Part shown: positions 1 to 10,027 of the stretch, one piece after another
Numbering within the stretch: the first letter of the stretch is position 1
Layout of the letters: the number at the start of each line of letters is the position of its first letter
NCBI GenBank assembly: GCA_964291235.2
Contig: OZ219816.1
Span: forward strand, 2,016,001-2,080,000
Source: Vicinamibacteria bacterium
GTDB taxonomy: Bacteria; Acidobacteriota; Vicinamibacteria; Marinacidobacterales; Marinacidobacteraceae
DNA length: 64,000 nucleotides
Direction: 5' to 3'
Notes under the pieces: model-generated
Database searches by the model: none
Told to the model about the DNA's origin: nothing
Seen by the model: the letters and a program-made list of their open reading frames with translations, nothing else
Position numbers and translations under genes: made by a program

Positions 1-2
1 TC

Positions 3-179
3 GCTTTCCTGCCTTTCTTCGGAGAGATCTCGGTGCTCGGGGTCGCCGTCTTCGGCTGGCTGATGGCGATCCTCCTGCTCGGGTCGCCGGCGATTCTCCT
101 TCTGTTGCTGTTCACCGAACCGGAGACCGGCAGCGCTCCGGAGTCGAAGAAGCCGGCCGAACCGGCCTCGGGCCCATGA
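3..179 (+). CDS. 3' part of a small membrane protein, probably the accessory partner of the downstream SSS symporter (truncated by window edge)
   Basis: Frame 3 reads AFLPFFGEISVLGVAVFGWLMAILLLGSPAILLLLLFTEP...SGP*; hydrophobic; its TGA overlaps the symporter ATG (ATGA at 176-179). Confidence 0.6.
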   Translation, partial: AFLPFFGEISVLGVAVFGWLMAILLLGSPAILLLLLFTEPETGSAPESKKPAEPASGP

Positions 180-1606
180 TCGAACGCTGGCTCGTCCTCG
201 CCTACCTGCTGGTATGCGTGGTGGTGGGGGCACTGGCCACGCGCCGGGTGCTCGGCTCGGCGGACGAGTACTGGGTGGCCGGGCGCCGCGTCGGCACCGG
301 GGTCAACGCGCTCGCCATCATGGCGAGCCTGGCAAGCGGCGGCTCGCTGGTGGGAGTGCTGGGCCTCGCCTACCGGGACGGGATTCCCGCGACCCTTGCG
401 CTGTTCGCAGGGGCGGTCGTCGGTTTCCCCCTCGCCACCATCCTGGTCGCCGCTCCCCTGCGCCGGCTCGCCAAGTTCACGATCACGGACTTCATGGTGT
501 TCCGCTATCCGCACGGAATCGTGCGGGCGCTGGTCCCCACGATCATCGTGGTGTCACTCACCGTGTACATGGTGGCCCAGATGAAGGCCGCCGGCATCAC
601 CGCCGAAGCCCTCCTCGGGGTGGACTACGGGACCGCGATCACGGTCGCCACCCTGGTGTTCATTCTCTACGTGTCCTTCGGGGGCATGGTCGCCGTCACC
701 GTCACCGACGTGATGCAGGGAGCTTTGCTCTTTCTCCTGATGGGGGCGACCGCGGTCGTACTCGCCACCTCCGCCGGATCGCCGCTCGGCTCGCTCCAGG
801 CGGCAACCGCGGCCTCCCCGGCTTTCGGGCAACTGCCCTCCGGAGGCTCCGGCTATCTCAGCTATTTCGTGATCTGGGCCTCTGCGATTCCCGTGATTCC
901 GCACATCGTGATGCGGGTCTCCACCGCCCGGGACCCGCGGAGCGCCCGGGTGTCGCTGAACCTCGCGACCGTCATGTACGGAGTGATGATCCTGGCGGCG
1001 ATCCTGCTGATCGCTCCCGTGGGCATCCTGGAGTTTCCCGGGCTGACCGATCCCGACGAGGTGTTCCTGCGGGTCATCGGCGACCACTTTCCTCCGGTCT
1101 TCCGGGGGCTCGCGGTGGCGGCAGTGCTGGCCGCGGTGATGTCCACCACCGACGCCTTCCTGCTCGCGGTCAGTTCGGCGGTCGCCCACGACCTGTTGGG
1201 CGGCTTCCTGGCGCGGAAGAGCAAGCGGGCCCAGGCCGCCGCCCGCCTCGGGGCTACCTGGCTCGTCGGCGCCGCCGCGCTCTACTGGGCCTGGTCCCCG
1301 CCGGAACTGCTCACCCAGTTCTATACCGCCGGCGTGGGCCTGCTCTCCGCAGGACTCTTCGTGCCGGTGGTCTTCGGCATCTGGTGGCGGCGGGCAAATC
1401 TGGTGGGCGGCGTGGCGGCTCTCGTTTCCGGCGTCGCCGTCTATTCGTTCGTGCTGCTCGCCGGCCCGCAATTCGGGATTGGCGCCGGGCCGATCCTGGT
1501 GGCGCTCCCGATCAGCCTGCTGGCGATGCTGGCGGGCGGGCTATGGGGCGGACGCGATCCCGACGAGCGGGCGAGCGCCGTCGAACGACTGCACCGGCCC
1601 GACTGA
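176..1606 (+). CDS. Sodium:solute symporter (SSS/SLC5) family transporter
   Basis: About 13 hydrophobic segments; EYWVAGRR, GGMVAVTVTDVMQG, LAAVMSTTDAFLL motifs. Confidence 0.92.
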   Translation: MIERWLVLAYLLVCVVVGALATRRVLGSADEYWVAGRRVGTGVNALAIMASLASGGSLVGVLGLAYRDGIPATLALFAGAVVGFPLATILVAAPLRRLAKFTITDFMVFRYPHGIVRALVPTIIVVSLTVYMVAQMKAAGITAEALLGVDYGTAITVATLVFILYVSFGGMVAVTVTDVMQGALLFLLMGATAVVLATSAGSPLGSLQAATAASPAFGQLPSGGSGYLSYFVIWASAIPVIPHIVMRVSTARDPRSARVSLNLATVMYGVMILAAILLIAPVGILEFPGLTDPDEVFLRVIGDHFPPVFRGLAVAAVLAAVMSTTDAFLLAVSSAVAHDLLGGFLARKSKRAQAAARLGATWLVGAAALYWAWSPPELLTQFYTAGVGLLSAGLFVPVVFGIWWRRANLVGGVAALVSGVAVYSFVLLAGPQFGIGAGPILVALPISLLAMLAGGLWGGRDPDERASAVERLHRPD

Positions 1607-1616
1607 AAACCCGTCC

Positions 1617-3059
1617 TTGTTGACGAGTCTTTCCGCCGCGGTCCTTCTCCTTTACACGGGACTTCTGTTCGGGCTGGCCTGGATCGCCAGCCGCCGCGTC
1701 CACAACTTCTCCGACTACCTGGTCGCGGGCCGGCGCCTCGGGACGCCACTGGCCTCGCTCAGCCTGCTGGCCACCTGGTTCGGGGCGGGCACGCTCCTCG
1801 CTTCGGCCGAGGAAGTCCGGTCCGTGGGTCTGTCGGCGGCTGCCCTGGAACCCATCGGTCCGGGAATCTGTCTGCTTCTGGTCGGCCTGTTCTACGCGGC
1901 CCCACTTCGGCGCCTGCGGCTCCTGACGCTTGGCGACTTCTTTGCCCGCCGTTTTGGCCGGAGCGCGGAGATCAGCTCCGCCGCCATCATGGTGCCCAGT
2001 TTCTTCGGCTGGATCGCGGCCCAGTTCTCGGTGCTGGCCGCGCTCCTCGGCGAGCTCTTCGGAATCCCGCTCGGTGTGGGTCTCGCGCTGGTGGCGGCGG
2101 TTGCCGTCGGCTATACGTTGATCGGGGGGATGTGGTCGGTGACGCTGACCGATGCGGTGCAGGGCGTGATCGTCGGCTTCGCGCTCTTGGCGCTCGGCAT
2201 TTCGGCGCTCGCGGAACTGGGAGGGGGGTCGCTGGGCGGGGGGCTGGCGCGGCTCGGACGCGACACGCCTCCGGATCTGCTCGCGGTGATTCCCGGCGAA
2301 ATGACCGCTTTCCTCGCCTGGTCGGGACTGCTCGTGGCCGGGGCGCTCGGCAACATCCCGGGCCAGGACGTGCTGCAACGGGTGTTCGCGTCGCGGTCGG
2401 AGCGGGTGGCGCGCCGCGCCTGCCTGATTGCGGGGGGGCTTTATCTGGGACTCGGCGCGATTCCCGTGCTGCTTGGACTTGCGACCCGGCTGCTCCTTCC
2501 CGGATCCGAGAGCGAGATGCTCGCGGCGCTCGGCCGCATCCTCTTCAGCCCGTTGGCGGCGCTCGGGTTGATCCTGCTGGTCGTGTCGGCGCTCCTTTCG
2601 ACCGTGGACAGCGCGCTAATATCGGCCGCGTCCGTACTGGCGCAGAACCTGCTCCGCCACCCCCTGCCCCGGGTGGGGCTCCTACGGTTGAGCCGAATCT
2701 CGGTGGTGATCGTCGGTGCGGCGAGTCTTTTCTATGCGTTCCGTGGCTTCAGTGCGTACTCCCTGCTCGAAGACGCGTACGAACTCACGCTCGTGGGCCT
2801 GTTCGTGCCGCTGACCGCCGGACTCTTCTCGGAACGCGGCGGCCGCGTGGCCGCGCTCACCGCAATGGGCGGCGGCGCCGTCTTGTGGGCCCTTCACCTG
2901 ACGCTCGGGTGGGAGTGGTTCCTGGAGCCCGCGCTGTTTTCCGCCGGCGTACCGATTCCGAAGGCGATCGGCCTGACGGCCGCGAGCTGCGCCGGCTACG
3001 TGCTCGGGACCGCCTTCGACCGCACGAGCCCGGAGCGGCGCCCGGCGGCCGCGGATTGA
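1617..3059 (+). CDS. Sodium:solute symporter family transporter (choline-transporter-like subgroup)
   Basis: DYLVAGRRL, LATWFGAG, GGMWSVTLTDAVQG, LGNIPGQD, SALLSTVDSAL; start placed at TTG 1617 just after the upstream stop (uncertain). Confidence 0.9.
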   Translation: MLTSLSAAVLLLYTGLLFGLAWIASRRVHNFSDYLVAGRRLGTPLASLSLLATWFGAGTLLASAEEVRSVGLSAAALEPIGPGICLLLVGLFYAAPLRRLRLLTLGDFFARRFGRSAEISSAAIMVPSFFGWIAAQFSVLAALLGELFGIPLGVGLALVAAVAVGYTLIGGMWSVTLTDAVQGVIVGFALLALGISALAELGGGSLGGGLARLGRDTPPDLLAVIPGEMTAFLAWSGLLVAGALGNIPGQDVLQRVFASRSERVARRACLIAGGLYLGLGAIPVLLGLATRLLLPGSESEMLAALGRILFSPLAALGLILLVVSALLSTVDSALISAASVLAQNLLRHPLPRVGLLRLSRISVVIVGAASLFYAFRGFSAYSLLEDAYELTLVGLFVPLTAGLFSERGGRVAALTAMGGGAVLWALHLTLGWEWFLEPALFSAGVPIPKAIGLTAASCAGYVLGTAFDRTSPERRPAAAD

Positions 3060-3066
3060 GCCACCG

Positions 3067-4506
3067 GTGAGCGAGCTCCGCACGCGCGCCGAGGCGCTGC
3101 GGCGCCGCGCCCGGTCGCTTGAGCCCGACGCGGACGAGCGGGAGGTGCTCACCGGCGCCACCATCCGGCATTCCGAGGAGTTCCTTGAGGGCCTGAAGAC
3201 CGGTCCGTCGTGGTACCCGCCGCGGGAGGCCTCGGAACTGACCGACCTGCCGATCGGACCGCAGGGCCAACCCTTGCCGGAAATCCTCGACCTGATCCGG
3301 CGGGAGGTCGAACAGGAGGGGCTGAATCCGGCGTCGCCGCGCGATCTCGGCTACGTGCCCGGCGGCGGGATCTATACATCCGCGCTCGGGGACTTTCTGG
3401 CGGCGGTTGGGAATGCTTTCTCCGGCTACTTCCCAGCATCACCGGGGGCGGCCCGGGTGGAGAACCGCCTGGTGGAATGGATCGCCGAGATCGTGGGGTA
3501 TCCAAAGGAAGCCGGCGGCACCCTGACTTCGGGCGGAAGCGTCGCCGCCCTGACCGCGATCATCGCGGCTCGCGAGGCAAAGGGACTCAGGTCGCGCGAC
3601 TACGCCCGGGCGTGTGTGTACGTCACGAGCCAGGAGCACTATTCGGTGCGCAAGGCGGTGCACCTGGCGGGCGTTGGGGAAGCGCCCTGCCGGATCGTCG
3701 CGGTGGATGAGGCCTACCGGCTGGAGCCCGCGTCGCTCGCCGCCCACATCCGGAAGGACCGGGCCGACGGACTCATTCCCTGGCTGGTGGTGAGCACCGC
3801 CGGGACGACGAACACCGGGGCCGTGGATCCGCTGGACGCGGTGTCCGGGATCGCCCGGGCCGAGGGGGTCTGGCACCACGTGGATGCCGCCTACGGGGGG
3901 TTTTTCGTGCTGGTTCCGGCGCGGCGGGATGTCTTCCGGGGAATCGAGGAATCGGACTCCGTGGTGCTCGACCCCCACAAGAGCCTGTTCCTCCCCTACG
4001 GGAGCGGCGCGGTGGTGGTCCGCAACGCGGCGCACCTCGAAACGTTCCGCTTCAAGGCCCCCTACCTGGTGGACAAGCCCCAGGCCGAAAGTTCCCCCTC
4101 GGAATGTTCGATCGAACTGACCCGCCATTTCCGGGGGCTACGCCTTTTGCTGCCCCTGCTGCTCCACGGAACCGACGCGTTCGCGGCCGCTCTCGAGGAG
4201 CGGTGGGTGCTGGCCTGCTATCTCCAGGACGAACTGCGCACGTGGGACGACATCGAGGTCGGTCCGGAGCCCGAACTCTCCACGATGTGTTTCCGCTACC
4301 GGCCGCAAGGGCGCACCGACGCGGAAGTGGACGAACTCAACCGGCGGCTCACCCGGGCCCTCCACGCCGACGGCCGCATCTTCGTCTCGGCCACCTACCT
4401 GAACGACCGGTTCTGGCTGAGGCCCTCGCCCGGCATCTTCCGGACGCACGCCGAGCACATCGACGAGTTCCTGGACATCCTCAAGGACTTCATCGCGGAC
4501 CTCTGA
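3067..4506 (+). CDS. Group II PLP-dependent decarboxylase (aromatic amino acid/glutamate decarboxylase family)
   Basis: TSGGS, HYSVRKA, TAGTTNTGAVDPL, HVDAAYGG, PLP lysine in DPHK. Confidence 0.9.
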   Translation: MSELRTRAEALRRRARSLEPDADEREVLTGATIRHSEEFLEGLKTGPSWYPPREASELTDLPIGPQGQPLPEILDLIRREVEQEGLNPASPRDLGYVPGGGIYTSALGDFLAAVGNAFSGYFPASPGAARVENRLVEWIAEIVGYPKEAGGTLTSGGSVAALTAIIAAREAKGLRSRDYARACVYVTSQEHYSVRKAVHLAGVGEAPCRIVAVDEAYRLEPASLAAHIRKDRADGLIPWLVVSTAGTTNTGAVDPLDAVSGIARAEGVWHHVDAAYGGFFVLVPARRDVFRGIEESDSVVLDPHKSLFLPYGSGAVVVRNAAHLETFRFKAPYLVDKPQAESSPSECSIELTRHFRGLRLLLPLLLHGTDAFAAALEERWVLACYLQDELRTWDDIEVGPEPELSTMCFRYRPQGRTDAEVDELNRRLTRALHADGRIFVSATYLNDRFWLRPSPGIFRTHAEHIDEFLDILKDFIADL

Positions 4507-4548
4507 GCGGGGAGCCGCGGTCCACGGTGTTCCCGGCGGCGGCGTCCG

Positions 4549-5847
4549 TTACGGGCTCTTGACCACCTCGCCGCCCTTCATCACGAACTTCACGTCCTCG
4601 AGCAGGGTGATGTCTTCGAGCGGGTTCCCCGCCACCGCGATGATGTCGGCCAACTTGCCGTCCTCGATGGAACCGAGGTCGGCTTCCCAGCGAAGCAACT
4701 CCGCGGCATTGAGAGTGGCCGTCTGGATCGCCGCCATCGGCGAGATGTCCATCTCGTCCACCATGATCGCGAAGTCCCTGGCGTTCCTGCCGTGCGGGAA
4801 CACCGCAGCGTCCGTCCCGTAAGCGAACTTCACGCCGGCGTGGAAGGCGGCGGCGAGCCGCTCGCGCTGCATGGCCGCCATCTCGGTCGCCTTCTGGATC
4901 GCGTACTCGGGGACGTCGTTCTCGGCGCCCTCGTCGATGATGTAGTCGAGCGTATAGAGGGTGGGAACGACGAAGGTTCCGTGCTCCTTCGCGAGCCGAA
5001 TCCCCTCGTCGTCGATCAGGGTGCCGTGCTCGATGCTGGCCACCCCGGCGCGGATGGCGTCGTTCATGGCGGCCGGTGAATGGGCGTGCGCCCCCACGGG
5101 GGTGTCGAGCATGTTGGCGGTATCGACAATGGCCTTCAGTTCCTCGAAGGAGTACGCCTGGTCGTAGACCGAGTCACCGTGGGAGAGCACGCCGCCGGAG
5201 GCGGTCACCTTGATCACGTCCGCCCCGTACTTGACCTGGTAGCGCACCGCCTTGCGCAACTCGTCCACCCCGTCCGCGATCATCGCGTAGCCGGGCGTCG
5301 GGACATCCGCGTTCCAGCCGTTGATGTCGGCATGGCCGCCCGTGGAACCCACGCCCCAGGTCGCCGCCTGGATGCGCGGACCGGGCACGATGCCCCGGTC
5401 CACCATGTCGCGGAGCGCCGCGTCGTGGTAGTTGCCGGCGCCGATGTTGCGGACGCTGGTGAAGCCCTTCTCGAGAGTGATCTTGGCGTGCGCGACGGCG
5501 TAGATCGCTTCGTGGGCGACCGTCTCCCGCATCTTCTGCGTGTCGCCGCCGTCCCCCGGGATACCGCCGAGGTGGATATGGCAATCGAAGAGCCCGGGGA
5601 GGATCGTGTGGCCGCTCAGGTCGATCACGGTCGCACCGCGCGGAATGGGAACCGCGCCCGTCGGGCCGACTGCGGTAATCCGCTCGCCTTCGATCACCAC
5701 CTCCGGGTTCAGGACGGGCGGCGCGTCGGTTCCGATGATGAGCCGGTCGGCGCGGATCACCACGGCGGTGTCCGCGTCCTGGGCGGCGGCCGGAAGAGCC
5801 AGCAGAACGGCAAGGCAAGCAAGAGCAGGACGGGACATGAAGCGCAT
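4549..5847 (-). CDS. Secreted metal-dependent amidohydrolase (Xaa-Pro dipeptidase-like)
   Basis: Signal peptide; PGLFDCHIH, GADVIK, AHAH, SIEHG, YGTDA, GKLADIIAV. Confidence 0.9.
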   Translation of the reverse strand: MRFMSRPALACLAVLLALPAAAQDADTAVVIRADRLIIGTDAPPVLNPEVVIEGERITAVGPTGAVPIPRGATVIDLSGHTILPGLFDCHIHLGGIPGDGGDTQKMRETVAHEAIYAVAHAKITLEKGFTSVRNIGAGNYHDAALRDMVDRGIVPGPRIQAATWGVGSTGGHADINGWNADVPTPGYAMIADGVDELRKAVRYQVKYGADVIKVTASGGVLSHGDSVYDQAYSFEELKAIVDTANMLDTPVGAHAHSPAAMNDAIRAGVASIEHGTLIDDEGIRLAKEHGTFVVPTLYTLDYIIDEGAENDVPEYAIQKATEMAAMQRERLAAAFHAGVKFAYGTDAAVFPHGRNARDFAIMVDEMDISPMAAIQTATLNAAELLRWEADLGSIEDGKLADIIAVAGNPLEDITLLEDVKFVMKGGEVVKSP

Positions 5848-6000
5848 CGGGTTCCTCCGGAAGAAGCGGGCGATCGTACCCGGAATTGAGGCCGTTTGGA
5901 GGCTTCGGGAGCCGCAGCACGGGTGTTTGGCGCGGGGAGTTTCGCCACTGTCCGGGCGACACCGGGCACAACCCCGGGGTTCCCCGGATAATCGCCGCCC

Positions 6001-8211
6001 ATGAAGACCCGCGTTTCCCTTTTCGCCGCCGCCGCCCTACTTGTCGCTACCGGAGCCCCGGCCCAGACGGAGCCCATCGAACTGGGCCACCTCTACGGAC
6101 CCGACGCGCTCGAGTTCTCCCCTGACCTCCCGAGCATCCGCTGGCTGCCGGGAGGAACGCACTACCTGTCCGGAACCGGCGAGGGCGCCGAACGGACGTG
6201 GACGGTGATCGAGGCCGCGACCGGGACCTCCCGGCCCCTTTACGACGCCGGAGCGCTGGCCGCCGCGCTCGTGGAAACGCTGTCCCTCCCCGACGAGGAA
6301 GCGGCGCGCGCCGCGCGCCCCGGGAGGCTCGTCATGCCGGATACGGGCGACCGGCTGCTCCTGAACCTGGCCTCCGATCTGTTCGTCTGGGAGACGGCCG
6401 GGAACACCCTGCGCCGCCTCACCCGCACCCCCGAACCCGAGGAACTGGCGCGCTTCTCACCGGACAGACGCCGCCTCGCCTTCATCCGGGACAACGATCT
6501 GTACGTGACGGACCTCGAGGGTGCGGAGCTGCAACTCACGACCGGGGGCGGGCCGGACTTGTTCAACGGGAAGCTGGACTGGGTCTATCAGGAGGAGATC
6601 TACGGGCGCGGCAACTTCTTCGCCCACTGGTGGAGTCCGGACGGCAGCCGAATCGCTTTCCTGCAGACCGACGAACGGGACGTTCCCCGTTTCACCGTGG
6701 TGGACCACATTCCCTACCACCTGGATCTGGAGGTCTATCCGTACCCCAAGGCCGGCGATCCCAACCCACGGGTGCGGCTCGGGGTGGTCCCCGCGTCCGG
6801 CGGCAACATCGTCTGGGTGCATCCGGGCGGCTACGGCAACCAGGAAACGCTCATCGTGAACGTCGCCTTCTCGCCGGACGGTCGGCTCTGGTACCAGGTG
6901 CAGGACCGGACGCAGACCTTCCTGGACCTCCACCGGGCCGACGCCCGCACCGGGGAATCCGTCCGCGTCCTGCGGGAAGACGCCGGCCCGTGGGTCAATG
7001 GGCACGGCGCGCCCCACTTCCTCTCCGAGGCAAACGGGGGCGGATTCTTGTGGTTCAGCGAACGGACCGGGTTCAAGCACCTCTACCGCTACGACGCGGC
7101 CGGTGAACTCGTGGGTTCGCTGACCGAGGGCCGCTACGAGCTCCGGCGCCTCCATGCCGTGGACGAGGATGCCGGCGTCGCATTCGCTTCGGGCACCTAC
7201 CGTTCCTCCCTGGGCTCCGACATCCTGAAGGTGGCGCTCGACGGATCCGGCGTCACGCTGCTCGACGACGCGCCGGGCACGCATCAGGCCAACTTCCCGG
7301 AAGGGCCCCGTATCGAAACCTACATGGCGGTCTCCCATGACCTGAGCAGCCCGCCGCGAATGAGTCTGCGCGCCGCCGACGACGGATCCGCCCTCCGCGA
7401 CCTCGGCGGCGGCAGCGTCCCCGACCTCGAGCGGTTCGAGGTCTCCCCGCCCGAGCTGCTTCAGGTTCCCACCGAAGACGGAACGGAGCTCGAGGCCATG
7501 ATGATCCGTCCCCACGGCTTCGACGCCTCCCGGGTCTATCCCGCCTGGGTGCACGTCTATGGCGGACCGCACGCGCCCCAGGTCAGAAACGCCTGGCCGG
7601 GAACCCGCGGCATGTGGTTCCAGTACCTGGCGCAGCAGGGGATCGTGGTCTTCGTGGTGGACAACCGCATCGCCTCCGGCAAGGGGGTGGAGTCCACCTG
7701 GCCCGTTTACGGGAACTTCGGCGAACAAGAACTCAGCGACCTCGTCGAGGCGGTGGAGTGGCTGGGCTCACGCGACTTCGTGGACGCGGCCCGGATCGGG
7801 GTGGACGGCTGGAGTTTCGGGGGATACATGACGCTGACGGCGCTCACCAAGTCCGACCGTTTCCGGGCCGGCATTGCCGGCGGCAGCGTGGTGGACTGGC
7901 GCGACTACGACTCGGTGTACACCGAGCGATACATGAGCACTCCGGACGAAAACCCGTCGGGATACCGGAAGAGTTCCGTGCGCGAGGCAGCCGGGAACCT
8001 CACCGGTGAGTTGCTCCTGATCCACGGGACGATGGACGACAACGTCCATTTGCAGAACACCATCCAGTTCGTGCACGACCTGCAAAAGGCGGGAAAGCCC
8101 TTTGAGTTGATGGTGTATCCCAAGTCCCGTCACGGGGTCCGGGATCCGAATCTCGTCCTTCATCTGCGCGAAACCATGGCGCGCTTCATTCTGAAGACTC
8201 TCTCCCCCTAG
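6001..8211 (+). CDS. Dipeptidyl-peptidase IV family (S9B) serine peptidase
   Basis: Signal peptide; DWVYQEEI, YPKAG, YGGP, GWSFGG nucleophile, HGTMDDNVH, C-terminal catalytic His. Confidence 0.95.
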   Translation: MKTRVSLFAAAALLVATGAPAQTEPIELGHLYGPDALEFSPDLPSIRWLPGGTHYLSGTGEGAERTWTVIEAATGTSRPLYDAGALAAALVETLSLPDEEAARAARPGRLVMPDTGDRLLLNLASDLFVWETAGNTLRRLTRTPEPEELARFSPDRRRLAFIRDNDLYVTDLEGAELQLTTGGGPDLFNGKLDWVYQEEIYGRGNFFAHWWSPDGSRIAFLQTDERDVPRFTVVDHIPYHLDLEVYPYPKAGDPNPRVRLGVVPASGGNIVWVHPGGYGNQETLIVNVAFSPDGRLWYQVQDRTQTFLDLHRADARTGESVRVLREDAGPWVNGHGAPHFLSEANGGGFLWFSERTGFKHLYRYDAAGELVGSLTEGRYELRRLHAVDEDAGVAFASGTYRSSLGSDILKVALDGSGVTLLDDAPGTHQANFPEGPRIETYMAVSHDLSSPPRMSLRAADDGSALRDLGGGSVPDLERFEVSPPELLQVPTEDGTELEAMMIRPHGFDASRVYPAWVHVYGGPHAPQVRNAWPGTRGMWFQYLAQQGIVVFVVDNRIASGKGVESTWPVYGNFGEQELSDLVEAVEWLGSRDFVDAARIGVDGWSFGGYMTLTALTKSDRFRAGIAGGSVVDWRDYDSVYTERYMSTPDENPSGYRKSSVREAAGNLTGELLLIHGTMDDNVHLQNTIQFVHDLQKAGKPFELMVYPKSRHGVRDPNLVLHLRETMARFILKTLSP

Positions 8212-8276
8212 CTGGGCGTTCGTGTCTCTTGACACAACCGGTTCCGATATCGCCCCGGCTCCACCCCGCCGGTATC

Positions 8277-8643
8277 GCTACTGCGACATGTTCAACCCGG
8301 AAATCCGGCTACTGCGACATGTTCCCCCTCGGCCGGTGTCGCTACTGCGACATGTTGGCCCTCGAAATCCCGGCTACTGCGACATGTTGAACCCCGGCAG
8401 GTAGCGCTACTGCGACATGTTGATTCGGGAATTCCGGCTACTGCGACATGTTCCCACCCGGCCGGTATCGCTACTGCGACATGTTCAGCCGGAAATCCGG
8501 CTACTGCGACATGTTCACCCCCCGCCGGTATTGCTAGTGCGACATGTTCAGCCCGGAAAACCGGCTACTGCGACATGTTCCCACTCCGGCCGGTATCGCT
8601 ACTGCGACATGTTGAACCGGGAAACCGGCTACTGCGACATGTG
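8277..8643. repeat. Array of 12 copies of GCTACTGCGACATGTT with alternating 14-16 nt and 17-18 nt linkers (dimer period 63-65 bp)
   Basis: Cores start at 8277, 8308, 8341, 8373, 8406, 8437, 8470, 8500, 8533 (one mismatch), 8564, 8598 and 8628 (last base differs); lies between convergent genes. Confidence 0.95.
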
Positions 8644-8669
8644 AGCCCCCGGCCGGTATCGCCAGCCGG

Positions 8670-9884
8670 CTATTCCTCCCCCGCCAGCGCCGCCACCTGC
8701 TCCGCAATCGCGAGCGACGCCGTCGCCGCGGGCGAGGGAGCGTTCAGCACGTGGATGCGGCTACCCCGGCGGACGATCCGGAAGTCGTCCGCGATCCGGC
8801 CGTCCGGGAGCACGGCGATCGCCCGGATCCCGGAGGGGCCGGGGGTGAGGTCCTCCGTCTTGAGTTCCGGGACGAGCCGCTGGAGACGCCGGGTGAAGGC
8901 CCGCTTGGAGAGCGACCGGTGGATCTCGTCCACCCCGGCGCGCCACTCCCGGAGCGCCAGCCGGCGGAACCCGGAATACCCCGCCATCTCGCGGAGGTCG
9001 CGAAAATCCAGGTCCCGGCGGCGGTAGCCCTCGCGGGCGAGCGCGAGCACCGCGTTCGGTCCGGCATCCACCTCCCCGTCCAGGTTTCGGTGGAGGTGGA
9101 CCCCGAGGAACGGGAACCGCGGATCGGGGGTCGGGTAGATGAGGCCGCGCACCAGTCCGGCGCGTTCCGGCCGCACCCGGTAGTACTCCCCGCGAAAGGG
9201 CATCACCTGCAGTTCCGGCTCGTCCCCGGCGCGGCGGGCCACCCGGTCCGCGTGGAGGCCGGCGCAGGTGACCAGCCGCCGGCAGGCAAACTCGCCCCCG
9301 GTGGTGAGCACGCGGAGTCCATTGGCGGAATTCACGATCTCCAGGACCCGGGCGCCGGTCTCCACCCGCCCTCCCGCGGCTTCGAAGAGGCGGCGCAGCG
9401 CCAAGGCCACGTCCCGGAAACGGACCACCCCCGAGGTCGGAGAATGAAGCGCCGCCACCCCCTCGGCATGGGGCTCGATGTCCCGGAGTCCGGCCCGGTC
9501 CAGAAGCCGCAATCCGGGGACGCCGTTCGCTTCGCCGCGTCGCAGCAGCGCCTCCAGCCGGACTCGCTCGGACTGGTTCGCCGCGACGATCACCTTGCCC
9601 GAAAGGGAGAAGGGAATCCCCTGTTCCCGGCAGAACCGGAGCAGCAGCTCCACCCCGCGCCGGCAGTTCCGCGCCCGTAGCGATCCTGGCGCGTAGTAGA
9701 TCCCGGAGTGGATGACCCCACTGTTCCTTCCCGTCTGGTGGCGGGCGACGTCCGCCTCTTTTTCGAGAACCAGAACCGACGTCGAGGGCGCCGCCTGCTG
9801 TAATCGGCGCGCGACCGCCAGCCCGACGATGCCGCCGCCGACCACCGCCACGTCGAGGAATCCCGCCCGCTTGGTCCCGTTCAT
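8670..9884 (-). CDS. lhgO: L-2-hydroxyglutarate oxidase
   Basis: GGGIVG FAD motif, HQTGRNSGVIHSGIYY, PFLGVH, LNAPSPAATASL. Confidence 0.9.
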   Translation of the reverse strand: MNGTKRAGFLDVAVVGGGIVGLAVARRLQQAAPSTSVLVLEKEADVARHQTGRNSGVIHSGIYYAPGSLRARNCRRGVELLLRFCREQGIPFSLSGKVIVAANQSERVRLEALLRRGEANGVPGLRLLDRAGLRDIEPHAEGVAALHSPTSGVVRFRDVALALRRLFEAAGGRVETGARVLEIVNSANGLRVLTTGGEFACRRLVTCAGLHADRVARRAGDEPELQVMPFRGEYYRVRPERAGLVRGLIYPTPDPRFPFLGVHLHRNLDGEVDAGPNAVLALAREGYRRRDLDFRDLREMAGYSGFRRLALREWRAGVDEIHRSLSKRAFTRRLQRLVPELKTEDLTPGPSGIRAIAVLPDGRIADDFRIVRRGSRIHVLNAPSPAATASLAIAEQVAALAGEE

Positions 9885-10027
9885 TGGCCCGCCGCCCGCA
9901 TCGTGTCAGAAGCCGGCAGTATCGCGAGAGCGGCCACCCTCTTGAACGCGAATTCAGAACTTCCCCGCATTTCCTTGAATTCGGGGGCAATTCCGAACCG
10001 GCCGGCGTTCCCGGCGTTGCCGGGGAC

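Noticed and set aside
8277-8643. CRISPR array call
   Set aside because: The 16-bp repeat and 14-18 nt linkers are too short, the linkers are related to each other, and there are no cas genes in the window
8222-8644. Short ORFs running through the repeat array (RLLRHV / YCDM repeats)
   Set aside because: Unit lengths are not multiples of three, so frames shift and stop; conservation is at DNA level
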